Notes: generated from the sequence alone by a model not told the origin. Shown: positions 1-9,832, numbered from the stretch's first letter. The stretch: DNA of 64,000 nt from Clostridia bacterium (GCA_017437145.1 JAFSBT010000004.1:71828-135827); one strand, 5' to 3'. Program-made: numbers and translations.

Positions 1-683
1 TTTCCAGCTCCACCTACATTCCCTGCTCCATTTGAACCTTGATTAAACGGTAAATAATATGTATCTTTTCCTTCAAGTTTAGTTGTATATTTAACATCAT
101 AATGATCTACTGCAAAATAAGCTATAATTCTACTATTAAATCTAAATATTAATTCTCTAGGATCTCTATCATACATAAATTGTTTTTGTGCATTTTCTGA
201 ATTTTGCCCTGTTATTTGATTTTTTAATTCTAATGCTACTACTGGAATACCATTCAATAATAAAACAATATCAATTGAATTTTCATTTTGTGTAGAATAT
301 TTTAATTGTCTTGTTACATTTAAAATATTTTTATTATATAAATCCCAATTTTCTGGTACTAAATTAGTCTCTGGCATAAAATATGCTAACTTTAATTTAA
401 ATCCTCTGTCAGAAATACCATTTCTTATTACATCTATTATTCCCTTTGTCACTACTTCTTCATTAAATCTTTTTATAAATCTTACTTCAAAATCATCTGG
501 AAAAGCATTTTTATAACGATTCCATTCTTTGCTTTGAGTATCCTCTATAAATTTAAATAAATCTTTTTTATTTAATGCAGATTCTTTATCAAAATCTTTT
601 GGATTTCCTTTTATATATCCTCCATCTTCTGATAAAAGATATGTTTCGATGTCTTGCTCAAATCTTTTTTCATTTTCTTCCAT
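1..683 (-). CDS. hsdR: Type I restriction endonuclease subunit R, N-terminal part (runs off the window)
   Basis: Manual translation from ATG 683: MEENEKRFEQDIETYL...SIDIVLLLNGIPVVALELKNQITGQ...YYLPFNQGSNGAG. HsdR_N nuclease motif; directly downstream of hsdS. Confidence 0.92.
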   Translation of the reverse strand, partial: MEENEKRFEQDIETYLLSEDGGYIKGNPKDFDKESALNKKDLFKFIEDTQSKEWNRYKNAFPDDFEVRFIKRFNEEVVTKGIIDVIRNGISDRGFKLKLAYFMPETNLVPENWDLYNKNILNVTRQLKYSTQNENSIDIVLLLNGIPVVALELKNQITGQNSENAQKQFMYDRDPRELIFRFNSRIIAYFAVDHYDVKYTTKLEGKDTYYLPFNQGSNGAGNVGGAG

Positions 684-695
684 GTAATTTGCCCC

Positions 696-1868
696 CTAAA
701 TTACTTCTTTTTTTCCCGTAACATATTCATATATAAGTGATTTTTTATATTGTTCCAATTCTTCTATTATTTTTTCTTTATTTAAAATCAATTTATCAAT
801 TTCTGAACTTTTCTCATCTATTGCTTTTGCTATTTTTATTTGCTCATCATATGGTGGATTTGGCACTTTTATTCTCAACAATTCTTCTGGATATGTTCTC
901 CATCTCATTAACATGATTCCATGTCCATATCTATGACAATCCCCATTAAAATTAGTATGTCTAAAATATGCATTATAATAATTTCTTACAACATTTGCAT
1001 TTTCTTTTGCTCTGTATACATCATAATCAGGACTTGTTACTCCTTCATAATCAGAATATGCAATTGCTCCCATCCACGCCAATAATTTATTCACTATAAT
1101 ATCATTATGTTTTACTATTTTATAATCTAATACCGTTACAGCTTTATTTCCTCTTTCCTCTAATTCGTCTCTTGGTTTAACGCCTATTGATGTATAAAGA
1201 GATAATAGTCTTGCATTATCATCTTTATTTCTTTCATCAACAGTATGAAACAATGTATTAAGTCTTGCAAACTCCCAATGTTTTGGAATTTTTCCTATCC
1301 ATCCACTATCTGTGTCTTTCATTTCAGCATTTCTATCTAATCCCTTTGTAGTAACTTTAATTATAAAACTCTTTTTATATTTTTTGTAATCTTCAATAGT
1401 TTCTTTTGTTTTTTTTATTACATTATCAATTTCTAATATTTTTTTATCTAATATATTAACAATTTTATTATAATTTTTAGGTATATAAATTTTCATTGTA
1501 TTAATAAAATCTTTTTGAAGGTGTTTTAATCCCATTCCTTGAAATCCTATATCATTTATTTCTTGCAAATAAGATAATAAAAAATAATACAAAAATTTAG
1601 TATATTCATTTGCAGTAAAATTATAACAGTCTGTTGATGTAGAAAATTCCTTATCTACATAATTTATAGAAGCTATCCCTCCTGTTCCCATTGTTATGGC
1701 ATTTCCTTTATATAAATAGTGATTACAATATTTACTTAAAACCGCACTAGATGTATAAAACGGATATTTTCCCTCTTTAGTTCCTTCTGATGCTTGTAAA
1801 TTTGATTTCTCATAGACTTCTATTATATCTTTAATTCTACACTTAATCATATTATTCATCCTCCTCAA
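696..1868 (-). CDS. hsdS: Type I R-M specificity subunit
   Basis: Two TRDs joined by conserved helices (KGLDRNAEMKD...WIGKIPKHWE; PPYDEQIKIA...KKSLIYEYVTGK). Confidence 0.93.
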   Translation of the reverse strand: MRRMNNMIKCRIKDIIEVYEKSNLQASEGTKEGKYPFYTSSAVLSKYCNHYLYKGNAITMGTGGIASINYVDKEFSTSTDCYNFTANEYTKFLYYFLLSYLQEINDIGFQGMGLKHLQKDFINTMKIYIPKNYNKIVNILDKKILEIDNVIKKTKETIEDYKKYKKSFIIKVTTKGLDRNAEMKDTDSGWIGKIPKHWEFARLNTLFHTVDERNKDDNARLLSLYTSIGVKPRDELEERGNKAVTVLDYKIVKHNDIIVNKLLAWMGAIAYSDYEGVTSPDYDVYRAKENANVVRNYYNAYFRHTNFNGDCHRYGHGIMLMRWRTYPEELLRIKVPNPPYDEQIKIAKAIDEKSSEIDKLILNKEKIIEELEQYKKSLIYEYVTGKKEVI

Positions 1869-3597
1869 ATAATTTTTTTAAAGAATTAATAATATCACTT
1901 TCATTTTTTCTGATTCTTGCTAATATATCATCTGAACTCTCGGGTTCTACATATTTATAAAAATATCTTGTAAATGGAATTTCATAACCAATTTGAGTTT
2001 TCTTTTTATCTACCCATGCGTTTTCATTATATGGTAAAACTTCTCTTTTGAAATATTCTTCAACATCTTCTTTTAAAGGTACATTTTCATAATCCCTTTT
2101 GTTTGAATCAGCTTTAATATTTCCTTTTTTATCTTTTATGAATTCTTGATTTTCATCAATTTCTGGTGTTTCTATTGTAATTCTATTATATCCGAAATCA
2201 CTATTGTCAAACACCTTACTTTCAACCATCTTGTCTTCGTCAGAATATTCTTTATTCATAAAATCAGAATATGCTTGCAAAATTAGTTTTCGTGATTCTT
2301 CATCTAAATCTTTTCTTTTATTTCCTATATTTTTTCTTCTATTTATGTAACAATTTGATGCATCAATCAATTGAACTTTACCTTCTCTTATTGTTCCTTC
2401 TTTTCCTTTATTTATTAACCAAATATATGTTGAAATACCTGTATTATAAAATAAATCTGTAGGCAATTGAATAATAGCTTCTAACCAATCATTTTCTATG
2501 ATGTATCTTCTTATTTCAGATTCTCCTGAACCTGCTGCACCTGAAAATAATGGAGAGCCATTTTGTATAATTGCCATTTTACCCTCATCTTTTAATTTTG
2601 CAATACCATTTAAAGTAAATAACATTTGACTATCAGAAATTTTAGGTGTTCCTACAGGGAATCTTCCATGTACACCTTTTGAAACTTCATCTTCAATAAC
2701 CTTCTTTTGTTTTTTCCAATCTATACCAAATGGAGGATTTGAAATTATATAATCAAATGTATATCCCTTAAATTGATCATCATCTAGAGTATCTCCCTGT
2801 TTAAAGTTATCTGCATCTCCACCTTTAATAAGCATATCTGCTTTTGCAATAGCATATGTTTCTGGATTTAATTCTTGTCCATAACAATCTACTTTAACAT
2901 TTTTATTCAATTGCTTTAATCTATCTGTCATGCATGCAAGCATTTGAGATGTTCCCATTGCCATATCATATATTGTTTTAACTTTGTTATCATTTATTAA
3001 AATATCTTGTTCTTCGGCAACTAATAAATCTGTCATTAAATAAATAATATCTCTTGCAGTAAAATGAGCTCCTGCTTCTTCGTCATAACTTTCTGAAAAT
3101 TTTCTAACTAATTCCTCAAAAATATATCCCATATCTTCAGTTTTTACTTCATCTAATCCCATATATGCTTTTTTAGAATTAAATTCTTCAATAACAACAT
3201 ATAAAAGTCTATTGTCAACCATTGTTTTTACTTCATTATTAAATTTAAAATTACTTAAGATATCTATAACATTATCTGAAAAACCATTTAAATAATTCTT
3301 AAAATTACTTTCTATATTATCTGGATCTGATAATAATTTTTCAAAATCATATTTACTTGTATTATAAAAACAATATCCTGAAGCTTCTGTTAAAAAAGCA
3401 TCCTTTACTTCAAAGTTTTTAACTTCTTCATATTTATCCAAAACAGCTTGCTTAGTTGGCTTCAATATATCATCAAATCTTTTTAAAACAGTCATCGGTA
3501 ATATAACCTTACCATATTCGTGTGGTTTATATACTCCAACTAATTTTGTTGCAACTTCCCATATTAAATTTGCTTTTGCTTGTATATTTGTACTCAT
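1852..3597 (-). CDS. hsdM: Type I R-M N6-adenine methyltransferase subunit
   Basis: YGKVILPMTVLKRFD N-terminus, GAHFTAR, motif IV NPPF, LPTDLFYNTGI. Confidence 0.95.
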   Translation of the reverse strand: MSTNIQAKANLIWEVATKLVGVYKPHEYGKVILPMTVLKRFDDILKPTKQAVLDKYEEVKNFEVKDAFLTEASGYCFYNTSKYDFEKLLSDPDNIESNFKNYLNGFSDNVIDILSNFKFNNEVKTMVDNRLLYVVIEEFNSKKAYMGLDEVKTEDMGYIFEELVRKFSESYDEEAGAHFTARDIIYLMTDLLVAEEQDILINDNKVKTIYDMAMGTSQMLACMTDRLKQLNKNVKVDCYGQELNPETYAIAKADMLIKGGDADNFKQGDTLDDDQFKGYTFDYIISNPPFGIDWKKQKKVIEDEVSKGVHGRFPVGTPKISDSQMLFTLNGIAKLKDEGKMAIIQNGSPLFSGAAGSGESEIRRYIIENDWLEAIIQLPTDLFYNTGISTYIWLINKGKEGTIREGKVQLIDASNCYINRRKNIGNKRKDLDEESRKLILQAYSDFMNKEYSDEDKMVESKVFDNSDFGYNRITIETPEIDENQEFIKDKKGNIKADSNKRDYENVPLKEDVEEYFKREVLPYNENAWVDKKKTQIGYEIPFTRYFYKYVEPESSDDILARIRKNESDIINSLKKLFEEDE

Positions 3598-3914
3598 TTT
3601 TTTACCTCCAATATTTTTCTAATCTCATCCCATTTTTTTGTTTTTTGTGATAGTGCTTTTGCTATGTCAATAGGAATTTCTCCTCTATTTTTTGCTGCTA
3701 AATCATAAAACTCTTGATATTCATTTTTCTTTAGTATCTTATATGCAATTTTCTCCTGTATTTCTCCCTCTGGAGCAATAACCTTGCCATGAATTATTCG
3801 TCCTAAATAATCATGTGAAATCCCAATTTCTCTAGATAATTCACGTATGCTTCTTTTCTTTGTTAAATTATTTTCTTCAATTCTCTTTAATAGAAATTTA
3901 CTAAATTGGCTCAT
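3594..3914 (-). CDS. XRE-family HTH regulator leading the hsdMSR operon
   Basis: SIRELSREIGISHDYLGRIIHG HTH. Likely start ATG 3914 with AAAGGAG RBS; ATGA overlap with hsdM. Confidence 0.8.
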   Translation of the reverse strand: MSQFSKFLLKRIEENNLTKKRSIRELSREIGISHDYLGRIIHGKVIAPEGEIQEKIAYKILKKNEYQEFYDLAAKNRGEIPIDIAKALSQKTKKWDEIRKILEVKK

Positions 3915-4076
3915 TTTTTGCTCCTTTCTTTTGTAATTTGTAATATTACATATTACGATATCAAAAAATGTTAAATATTGCAAGACTTTTTTATTTTATT
4001 TTCTAACTTTTTGTCTTTTTTATTTTCTCCTTTTTTCGACAAAATCCCCCATGTTTTTACCCATTCTCCCGAGATG

Positions 4077-4215
4077 GCAAGAATAGATGTCAGCCGACAT
4101 CCCTCAACAGCTTGAAAGCAAAGCTTTCAACGGTGATGACACATACTAAAAATAGCTGACAAATGTCAGCCCTAGTGTTTTTTATTCTATTATCCTGTTC
4201 ACAATTTTTGTGAAA
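4077..4215 (+). other. oriT-like site, copy A
   Basis: GCAAGAATAG (minus strand CTATTCTTGC, resembling a MOBP nic core), hairpin TTGAAAGC-aaa-GCTTTCAA, TGTCAGC/GCTGACA repeats, palindrome TTCACAA-ttt-TTGTGAA. Confidence 0.5.
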
Positions 4216-4472
4216 CTTTACTCTTGCGCTAGTTCCAGTAGCCCTCATATTCTATTTTTAATTCTATATACTTAATTAATTTATTTATAACATATTCGTT
4301 GTTTCTTATATCATTTTTCCATCTTTATCTTTCTTTACATTTTTATTTTGTTGTATTAAATTTCTATAAACACAATATGCAACTTTTGAATTAAGTCCTA
4401 TATTTTTATACTTATCATCTTCAAACAAAAATTTATATAATTAAAAAAATCTATTCATATCTTATATTTTTA

Positions 4473-4508
4473 AAGGGATAACAATTTCAAATTATTGTTA
4501 TCCCTTTT
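4473..4508. terminator. Intrinsic terminator-like hairpin
   Basis: AAAGGGATAACAAT...ATTGTTATCCCTTT inverted repeat downstream of the xis-like unit. Confidence 0.55.
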
Positions 4509-4591
4509 ATGGCTTTTTGCTATTTCTAACTCTCCCGCACATTTTATTTATTTTTGAAATAGCTTTGTAAACCATTTTAATTCCTCCTAAC

Positions 4592-4792
4592 TTAAGAATT
4601 TATAGAAGCATCTTCTTGTTTTTGTAAGTAATTATCTAGCGCTTCTTTTCTAAATAATACTTTCCCTCCAACTCGTGAGCATGGCAAATTCTTTCTCTTT
4701 ACTAGTTGTGTAACTAACCATTATGATACTCCTAAATACTCTGCTGTCTCTTTCATTGTTAGAGTTGTTCTTGTTACTTTTTCAAGTTCCAT
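4592..4792 (-). pseudogene. Excisionase-like HTH_17 protein with an in-frame TAA
   Basis: MELEKVTRTTLTMKETAEYLGVS*WLVTQLVKRKNLPCSRVGGKVLFRKEALDNYLQKQEDASINS. Stop at 4721-4723; AGGTGAG RBS. Confidence 0.8.
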
Positions 4793-4847
4793 ATGCTCAC
4801 CTACCTTTCTAGTAGCTGTTTGAATTACAATTACTAATTATAATTAT

Positions 4848-4893
4848 AATTTTAATTGTATATTCAAGAATTAACCACTATACAATTAAAATT
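4848..4893. promoter_or_regulatory. 15-bp perfect inverted repeat upstream of the xis-like gene (operator candidate)
   Basis: AATTTTAATTGTATA-N16-TATACAATTAAAATT. Confidence 0.45.
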
Positions 4894-4959
4894 TTCATGT
4901 AGTTTTAAAAAGTTGTATGGTATTTTTACAAAAAATTACACATTCTTTTTAATGTGTAA

Positions 4960-5460
4960 CTATTTTTCTATAGTAGAGTAATATCTTTCCACCATTGATA
5001 ATTCTCCACCATATTTTTCTTCTAACTTTTTAGTATATTCGGATAATTTTTTTGAATTTTCTTCATATTTTTCTTGATATTTCATTTTCTCTTCTTCTGT
5101 TAATGGATTTTTATTTCTTGCTTCTCTTATTTTATTTATTCTGTTTGGACTATTCCATACTGCCCCATGCATTATAACAGTACATAAATAATAGTCTTCT
5201 TCAAATTCTTTTCTAGTATATTTTTGTACCTTTTCTAAATCAATTCTAGTTAGATATTTAAATCTTTCATATATTTGTCTATATCTTTCCGCATCAGCAT
5301 ATGTTATTTTCGTATCTAAATATTCTCTATTATATATACTCTGCTCAATCTCTTTTATTTCCGCCTTTTCATATTTTTTATCAAATATTTCTATTCCTAT
5401 ATTTTTTAATAATTCTATCTCTTCTTTTGAAAGACTTTTTAAAATATTCATATGTTTCAC
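4960..5460 (-). CDS. Hypothetical protein
   Basis: 166-aa charged ORF with GAGGTG RBS near 5460; no recognisable motif. Confidence 0.6.
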   Translation of the reverse strand: MKHMNILKSLSKEEIELLKNIGIEIFDKKYEKAEIKEIEQSIYNREYLDTKITYADAERYRQIYERFKYLTRIDLEKVQKYTRKEFEEDYYLCTVIMHGAVWNSPNRINKIREARNKNPLTEEEKMKYQEKYEENSKKLSEYTKKLEEKYGGELSMVERYYSTIEK

Positions 5461-5553
5461 CTCTATTTTTAATTATTATATCACTTCATATACTCAAAAT
5501 AAAGTTATATTGCCATTCTATTTAATATTATTTAAGTCTCTGCAACAACTTGC

Positions 5554-5681
5554 TTTCACAATTTTTGTGAACAGCATATTTACCTTTGTAATACAAACTT
5601 ATTACTTTTTTCTTCTTGTAATACATATTAAAAGCTCTGCTTTTAAGTTGTTTATGGTGTATGTAATACATCTATTCTTGC
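5554..5681 (-). other. oriT-like site, copy B (inverted, diverged homolog of 4077-4215)
   Basis: Minus strand reads GCAAGAATAGATGT...TTAAAAGC-aga-GCTTTTAA...CTGTTCACAAAAATTGTGAAA, with TGTATTAC repeats in place of TGTCAGC. Confidence 0.5.
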
Positions 5682-5732
5682 TGTTCCAGAAATATAAAAA
5701 GATTAGCCCTTTTTTAAGAACTAATCTATAAA

Positions 5733-6176
5733 TTAATTTATTTCTTTATAATAAAATTTTAAATTGCTCATTTCATGTCCGCCATAGTATTTTATGATTT
5801 TTTGCATTCTAAAGTTTTCAACACCTGTACCAAATGAAGCAATTTGTATATCTTTATTTTCTTCACGTAATTTCTTTATTAATTTAAAAAATATTCCATG
5901 TTTTCTATATTCTTGTTCAATATACATTTGCGAAATCCATAAAACTTGACCATCACTTGCCCAGTAAAAATACGAATATAAAATCATTCCTACTGGTTTT
6001 CCATCAATCTCTGCTACTAAACATTTAAATTTAGGATTATCACAATAATAATCTGCATCTATATGTTTTTCAAACTCTGTATATTGTTCCATGTTATTTA
6101 CTTCATCAATTACTTTATTAGCATATATTAAAAACTCTTTATGTGATTTATTAGCATGCATAATTTCAATTTTCAT
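5733..6176 (-). CDS. GNAT family N-acetyltransferase
   Basis: LVAEIDGKPVGMILY, MYIEQEYRKHGI acetyl-CoA motif A. Confidence 0.85.
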   Translation of the reverse strand: MKIEIMHANKSHKEFLIYANKVIDEVNNMEQYTEFEKHIDADYYCDNPKFKCLVAEIDGKPVGMILYSYFYWASDGQVLWISQMYIEQEYRKHGIFFKLIKKLREENKDIQIASFGTGVENFRMQKIIKYYGGHEMSNLKFYYKEIN

Positions 6177-6178
6177 AT

Positions 6179-6751
6179 TTATTCTCCAAATAAATTAATA
6201 CTTTTTTCAATTATTTCTTTTTGATCCTTAAAATTATCTTTTGTTACCGGTATTCTCCCAACCATTTCAGTTCCCAAAAAATAATTTAATGTATCAAATG
6301 CTTTTAAGGTTTCTTCTGTTCCACTACCACTTCCACCTGCACACGCAATACAAATTATCTTCTTTTTCTTTATCTTTGAATTATTATTAAAAGCATCACA
6401 TCTTTTTAATCTATCAAAAAAAGTTTTCGCTGACTCACTCATTTCATGAAAATACACTGGTGTGATAAATACATAAGAATCAAACTCTTCCATATATTTA
6501 TATATTTCATTAAAATCATCTTTTTGTATACAAATGTGTTCCTCTGCACAAATACCCCAACCTCTTTTTCCACAAGCAATACATTTTTTAATACTCTTCT
6601 TGTTTATACATATATGTTCAACTTCATGTTCTAATAAACTTAATTGTTTTTCGCATTCTTCAACGCAAGAAAAAGTAAGTCCAATTTTGTTTGGTATAAA
6701 ACTTTCTTCATTTACTAAATTATTGCTAAAACTTAAAATTAAAACTTTCAT
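6179..6751 (-). CDS. Flavodoxin-like (iron-sulfur flavoprotein / NADPH-dependent FMN reductase family) protein
   Basis: CIACG...C...C.QKDD, ITPVYFHEMSESAKTFFDRL. Confidence 0.85.
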   Translation of the reverse strand: MKVLILSFSNNLVNEESFIPNKIGLTFSCVEECEKQLSLLEHEVEHICINKKSIKKCIACGKRGWGICAEEHICIQKDDFNEIYKYMEEFDSYVFITPVYFHEMSESAKTFFDRLKRCDAFNNNSKIKKKKIICIACAGGSGSGTEETLKAFDTLNYFLGTEMVGRIPVTKDNFKDQKEIIEKSINLFGE

Positions 6752-6760
6752 TTTTCTCTC

Positions 6761-7525
6761 CTATATACTTTTTCCACCGTCTACAAGATATTTTGCTCCT
6801 GTTGTCCACAAAGATTTGTCTGATAATAGAAATTCTATTGTTGGTGCAATATCCTTCTTAGCATCTCCTATTCTACCTAATGGATATAATGGTGGTTTTG
6901 ATTCAGACCATTTATCATATCCTTCTTGTGTATAATCACCACTTGCAACATAAATATTAGTATATACTGCTGCCGGATTCACACTATTAACTCTTATATT
7001 ATACTTGCCAAGCTCTTGCCCCATAAATTTAGTTAACATATCCAATCCTGCTTTTGCTGTGCAGTATGCTATAGAACCTCCTGCTCTTTCTGATGACATT
7101 GAAGAAATATTAACTACTGACGCATTTGTTCCATTTTTTAATAAGGGTAATAATGTTTTAGTTAATAAAAATATGCTTGTTAAATTAACATTTATTGAAT
7201 TGTTCCATTCTTCTAATGTTTGCTCTTCTAATCCACCTAATTTAATAATTCCTGCTGAATTTACTAATCCATCTAATCTACCATATTTTTTATCTATTTC
7301 TTCATAAAGTTTTATGCAATCTTCCTCTTTGCTAACATCTCCTTGAAGAAATAAAACTTTATTAGCATTTTCTCCTAATTTTTCTTTTGCTAAAGCAATA
7401 TTTTTCTCTCCTCTTGAAAAAGAAACAATTTCATAATTTCCTTGTTCTAATAGATATTGAACTGTTCCAAATCCAATACCACTTGCTCCACCTGTTACTA
7501 AAACGATTTTATTTTCTAAATTCAT
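6761..7525 (-). CDS. Short-chain dehydrogenase/reductase
   Basis: TGGASGIG, VNSAG, YCTAK catalytic motif; start ATG 7525 with AGAGGA RBS. Confidence 0.92.
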   Translation of the reverse strand: MNLENKIVLVTGGASGIGFGTVQYLLEQGNYEIVSFSRGEKNIALAKEKLGENANKVLFLQGDVSKEEDCIKLYEEIDKKYGRLDGLVNSAGIIKLGGLEEQTLEEWNNSINVNLTSIFLLTKTLLPLLKNGTNASVVNISSMSSERAGGSIAYCTAKAGLDMLTKFMGQELGKYNIRVNSVNPAAVYTNIYVASGDYTQEGYDKWSESKPPLYPLGRIGDAKKDIAPTIEFLLSDKSLWTTGAKYLVDGGKSI

Positions 7526-7535
7526 AAATATCCTC

Positions 7536-8441
7536 CTATCTAGTAAATCTCCATTGTTTAAAATATTTACATTTACCTTCGTCATCTAATGAAATTTGGA
7601 AAATTCCATCTATTTCTTGTTTTGTATTTGTAGCAGTCATTGTTCTTGTCATTTGCCAATTTATAATACAAGTATTTTGGTCATAAGCAACTACCTCAAA
7701 TTTATAATCTATATCTTTTTGATTATCTGCAACAACATTCCATAAGTTTGTCACTTCCTCAAAATTAGAACATGGTTTATCTATTGGATTTTCATAGTAT
7801 TCAACATTTTGACTTAATGTTTTTAATGTTCTTTCCCAATCTAAATCCTTCCATGATTCCATAAATTCTTTTGTCCATTTGTTATACTTATCTAACATTT
7901 TATTTCCCCCTTTTTTGTTTAAATCCAACCTAATTATTCCAACAATTGCGCTTACCAAACCTATTATTTCTATTATAACGTTTGTTGGTGATAATAATAT
8001 TGCATAGTATGTAATTGATGCTATTTCTGCTATTACAGATAATTTTCTTATTGTTGATGCCTTTTCTTGCATAAAAGTAAATACAAGAAGTGCACCTAAC
8101 ATGATACTAAATAAATTATATAAATTCTTCCAATAAATAATATTTAATATTACTAATAATATCACTATTAATAATGATGCAATATATTTAACTATCTTTT
8201 TAGTATCAGGTTTATAAGCAAAATATAAAGACACCAAATTTCTTATAACTCCTGCTCCACAAAAAATAATTGCAGAAATATTACCTAAAAAGCATAGTCC
8301 AGTGAAAACAAAACCTGTTGCGAAGTTTCTTAGTAGTAATAATTTTTTTGTACTCTTTTGTTGGAAAGAAAATACTACAAAAATTAATCCAATGAATGCA
8401 AATATTTGATTAGCAATCCATTGCCAAGTTATACTCATCAT
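7536..8441 (-). CDS. YgjV-like inner-membrane protein fused in frame to a SnoaL/NTF2-like protein (internal start at 7898)
   Basis: About 180 hydrophobic aa, then KKGGNK-MLDKYNKW and an NTF2-like domain (...IDGIFQISLDDEGKCKYFKQW). Confidence 0.7.
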   Translation of the reverse strand: MMSITWQWIANQIFAFIGLIFVVFSFQQKSTKKLLLLRNFATGFVFTGLCFLGNISAIIFCGAGVIRNLVSLYFAYKPDTKKIVKYIASLLIVILLVILNIIYWKNLYNLFSIMLGALLVFTFMQEKASTIRKLSVIAEIASITYYAILLSPTNVIIEIIGLVSAIVGIIRLDLNKKGGNKMLDKYNKWTKEFMESWKDLDWERTLKTLSQNVEYYENPIDKPCSNFEEVTNLWNVVADNQKDIDYKFEVVAYDQNTCIINWQMTRTMTATNTKQEIDGIFQISLDDEGKCKYFKQWRFTR

Positions 8442-9256
8442 TTTCCCTCCTCACCCAATTTTCTATATGCCTCAAATATATTTGTGCATAAAATTTTTTC
8501 TTTTTCTATTTCGCTTAGCTCTAATCCTTCAACTATTTTAATATAGTCTGATACATCTGAAAATCCTAAATCAATTGCAAAAAAGTCTGTTCCATACATT
8601 AACTTGTTTTTTAAATTAGGATATTTTCTTAAATACTTATTTAGAATATTAATAAGTTCTTTAACTTGTTTATCTCGTTCTTCCCTATCAATTGCATCTA
8701 AGCATCCACTTATACATGTAAAGACATTCTCATATCTCTCACATAATTCAAATATATTATCAAAATCCGGCCAGTTTAAATGACTTCCTATGAAATTAAC
8801 TTCTTTAAAATTTACGGCTAAATCTTCAATATATTTAGCATCTGCATAATTATCATTAGTTTGTGAATCACTATTTGGATCGTATGTTTCACCACAATGG
8901 AATACCATAGATACTCCATATTTTTTTGCTAATTGAGTTACTTTTACTATTCTTTCATCATTAGCAAAAAAAGATTGATATCCTAAATATATTTTTATAG
9001 CTATAATTCTTTCATTATTTTTTAAATTTTCTTCTACTCTTATTAATTCTTCATCTAGTTTATATAAATCCACAGATTCTGTAAGGAACATATCCTCTTC
9101 GTCTTTAAAAGTGTCAAAGCTATATGGTTTTACTAAACCAGAATTATTAGTTGACCTAATATTTAAAAACTTAGTAGCATTTGCTGTTTTTTTATATAAT
9201 TCAAAATCTTCTTTATCCACGAAGTGACAATGACAATCAAAAATTTCTTTTTCCAA
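8438..9256 (-). CDS. Amidohydrolase family (TIM-barrel) protein
   Basis: DCHCH, FHCGE, SHLNWP, LMYGTDF motifs; TTG start with GGAGG RBS. Confidence 0.88.
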   Translation of the reverse strand: MEKEIFDCHCHFVDKEDFELYKKTANATKFLNIRSTNNSGLVKPYSFDTFKDEEDMFLTESVDLYKLDEELIRVEENLKNNERIIAIKIYLGYQSFFANDERIVKVTQLAKKYGVSMVFHCGETYDPNSDSQTNDNYADAKYIEDLAVNFKEVNFIGSHLNWPDFDNIFELCERYENVFTCISGCLDAIDREERDKQVKELINILNKYLRKYPNLKNKLMYGTDFFAIDLGFSDVSDYIKIVEGLELSEIEKEKILCTNIFEAYRKLGEEGK

Positions 9257-9298
9257 TATTTTTCCTCCGGTTTATTCAAATTTTATTAATTTCATAAA

Positions 9299-9673
9299 CT
9301 ACTCTTTCACATCACAAAATACCGTATTATTTATTTCAAAAGCAGGCGCACATACTACAATAGCTTCAACCTCTTCATTTTCTGCAAATAATTGATGAAT
9401 ATCCATTGGGTTAATTAATACCGCATCTCCGCTTTTTACTATATACTCTTTTTCATTAATAACCATTCTTCCTGTACCTCTAATAAAGTAATATGTTTCT
9501 TCCGCAATTGGATGATAATGTTTATTTGTAGAAAAACCTTTTTTTACAACTACATGACCTAAACTATGATGTTCTGAATTTCCTAATTTTTCTCCTCTTC
9601 CTATCATTTCGTAAAATAATTCACCCTCTGCATTATTAATTGGTGAAACATCTTCTTTTCTTACAATCTTCAT
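9299..9673 (-). CDS. Cupin domain protein
   Basis: HYHPIAEETYYFIRGTG...GDAVLINPMDIHQL. Confidence 0.88.
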   Translation of the reverse strand: MKIVRKEDVSPINNAEGELFYEMIGRGEKLGNSEHHSLGHVVVKKGFSTNKHYHPIAEETYYFIRGTGRMVINEKEYIVKSGDAVLINPMDIHQLFAENEEVEAIVVCAPAFEINNTVFCDVKE

Positions 9674-9752
9674 AATATGTCCTCCAAAAAGTTAATAATT
9701 ATTTTTCAAGACCATTTTAACATATTTTTCTTGTTTTGTATATGTTTTAGTA

Positions 9753-9787
9753 TGTCAAAATGCCCCGGCCCTTTGACACTTTGACAC
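9753..9787. repeat. TGTCAA..TTGACA intergenic repeat, copy 1
   Basis: TGTCAAAATGCCCCGGCCCTTTGACAC plus an extra TTGACAC. Confidence 0.75.
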
Positions 9788-9832
9788 AAAAATTGCACTT
9801 TGATTTGTTTTAATTTTAATAATTTGTTTTTG

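Noticed and set aside
4472-4575. 34-aa ORF downstream of xis with an AGGAGG RBS
   Set aside because: It runs into a terminator hairpin and is probably a deletion remnant; too short to call.
5510-5731. 73-aa ORF on the + strand
   Set aside because: It overlaps the oriT-like copy B and has no RBS.
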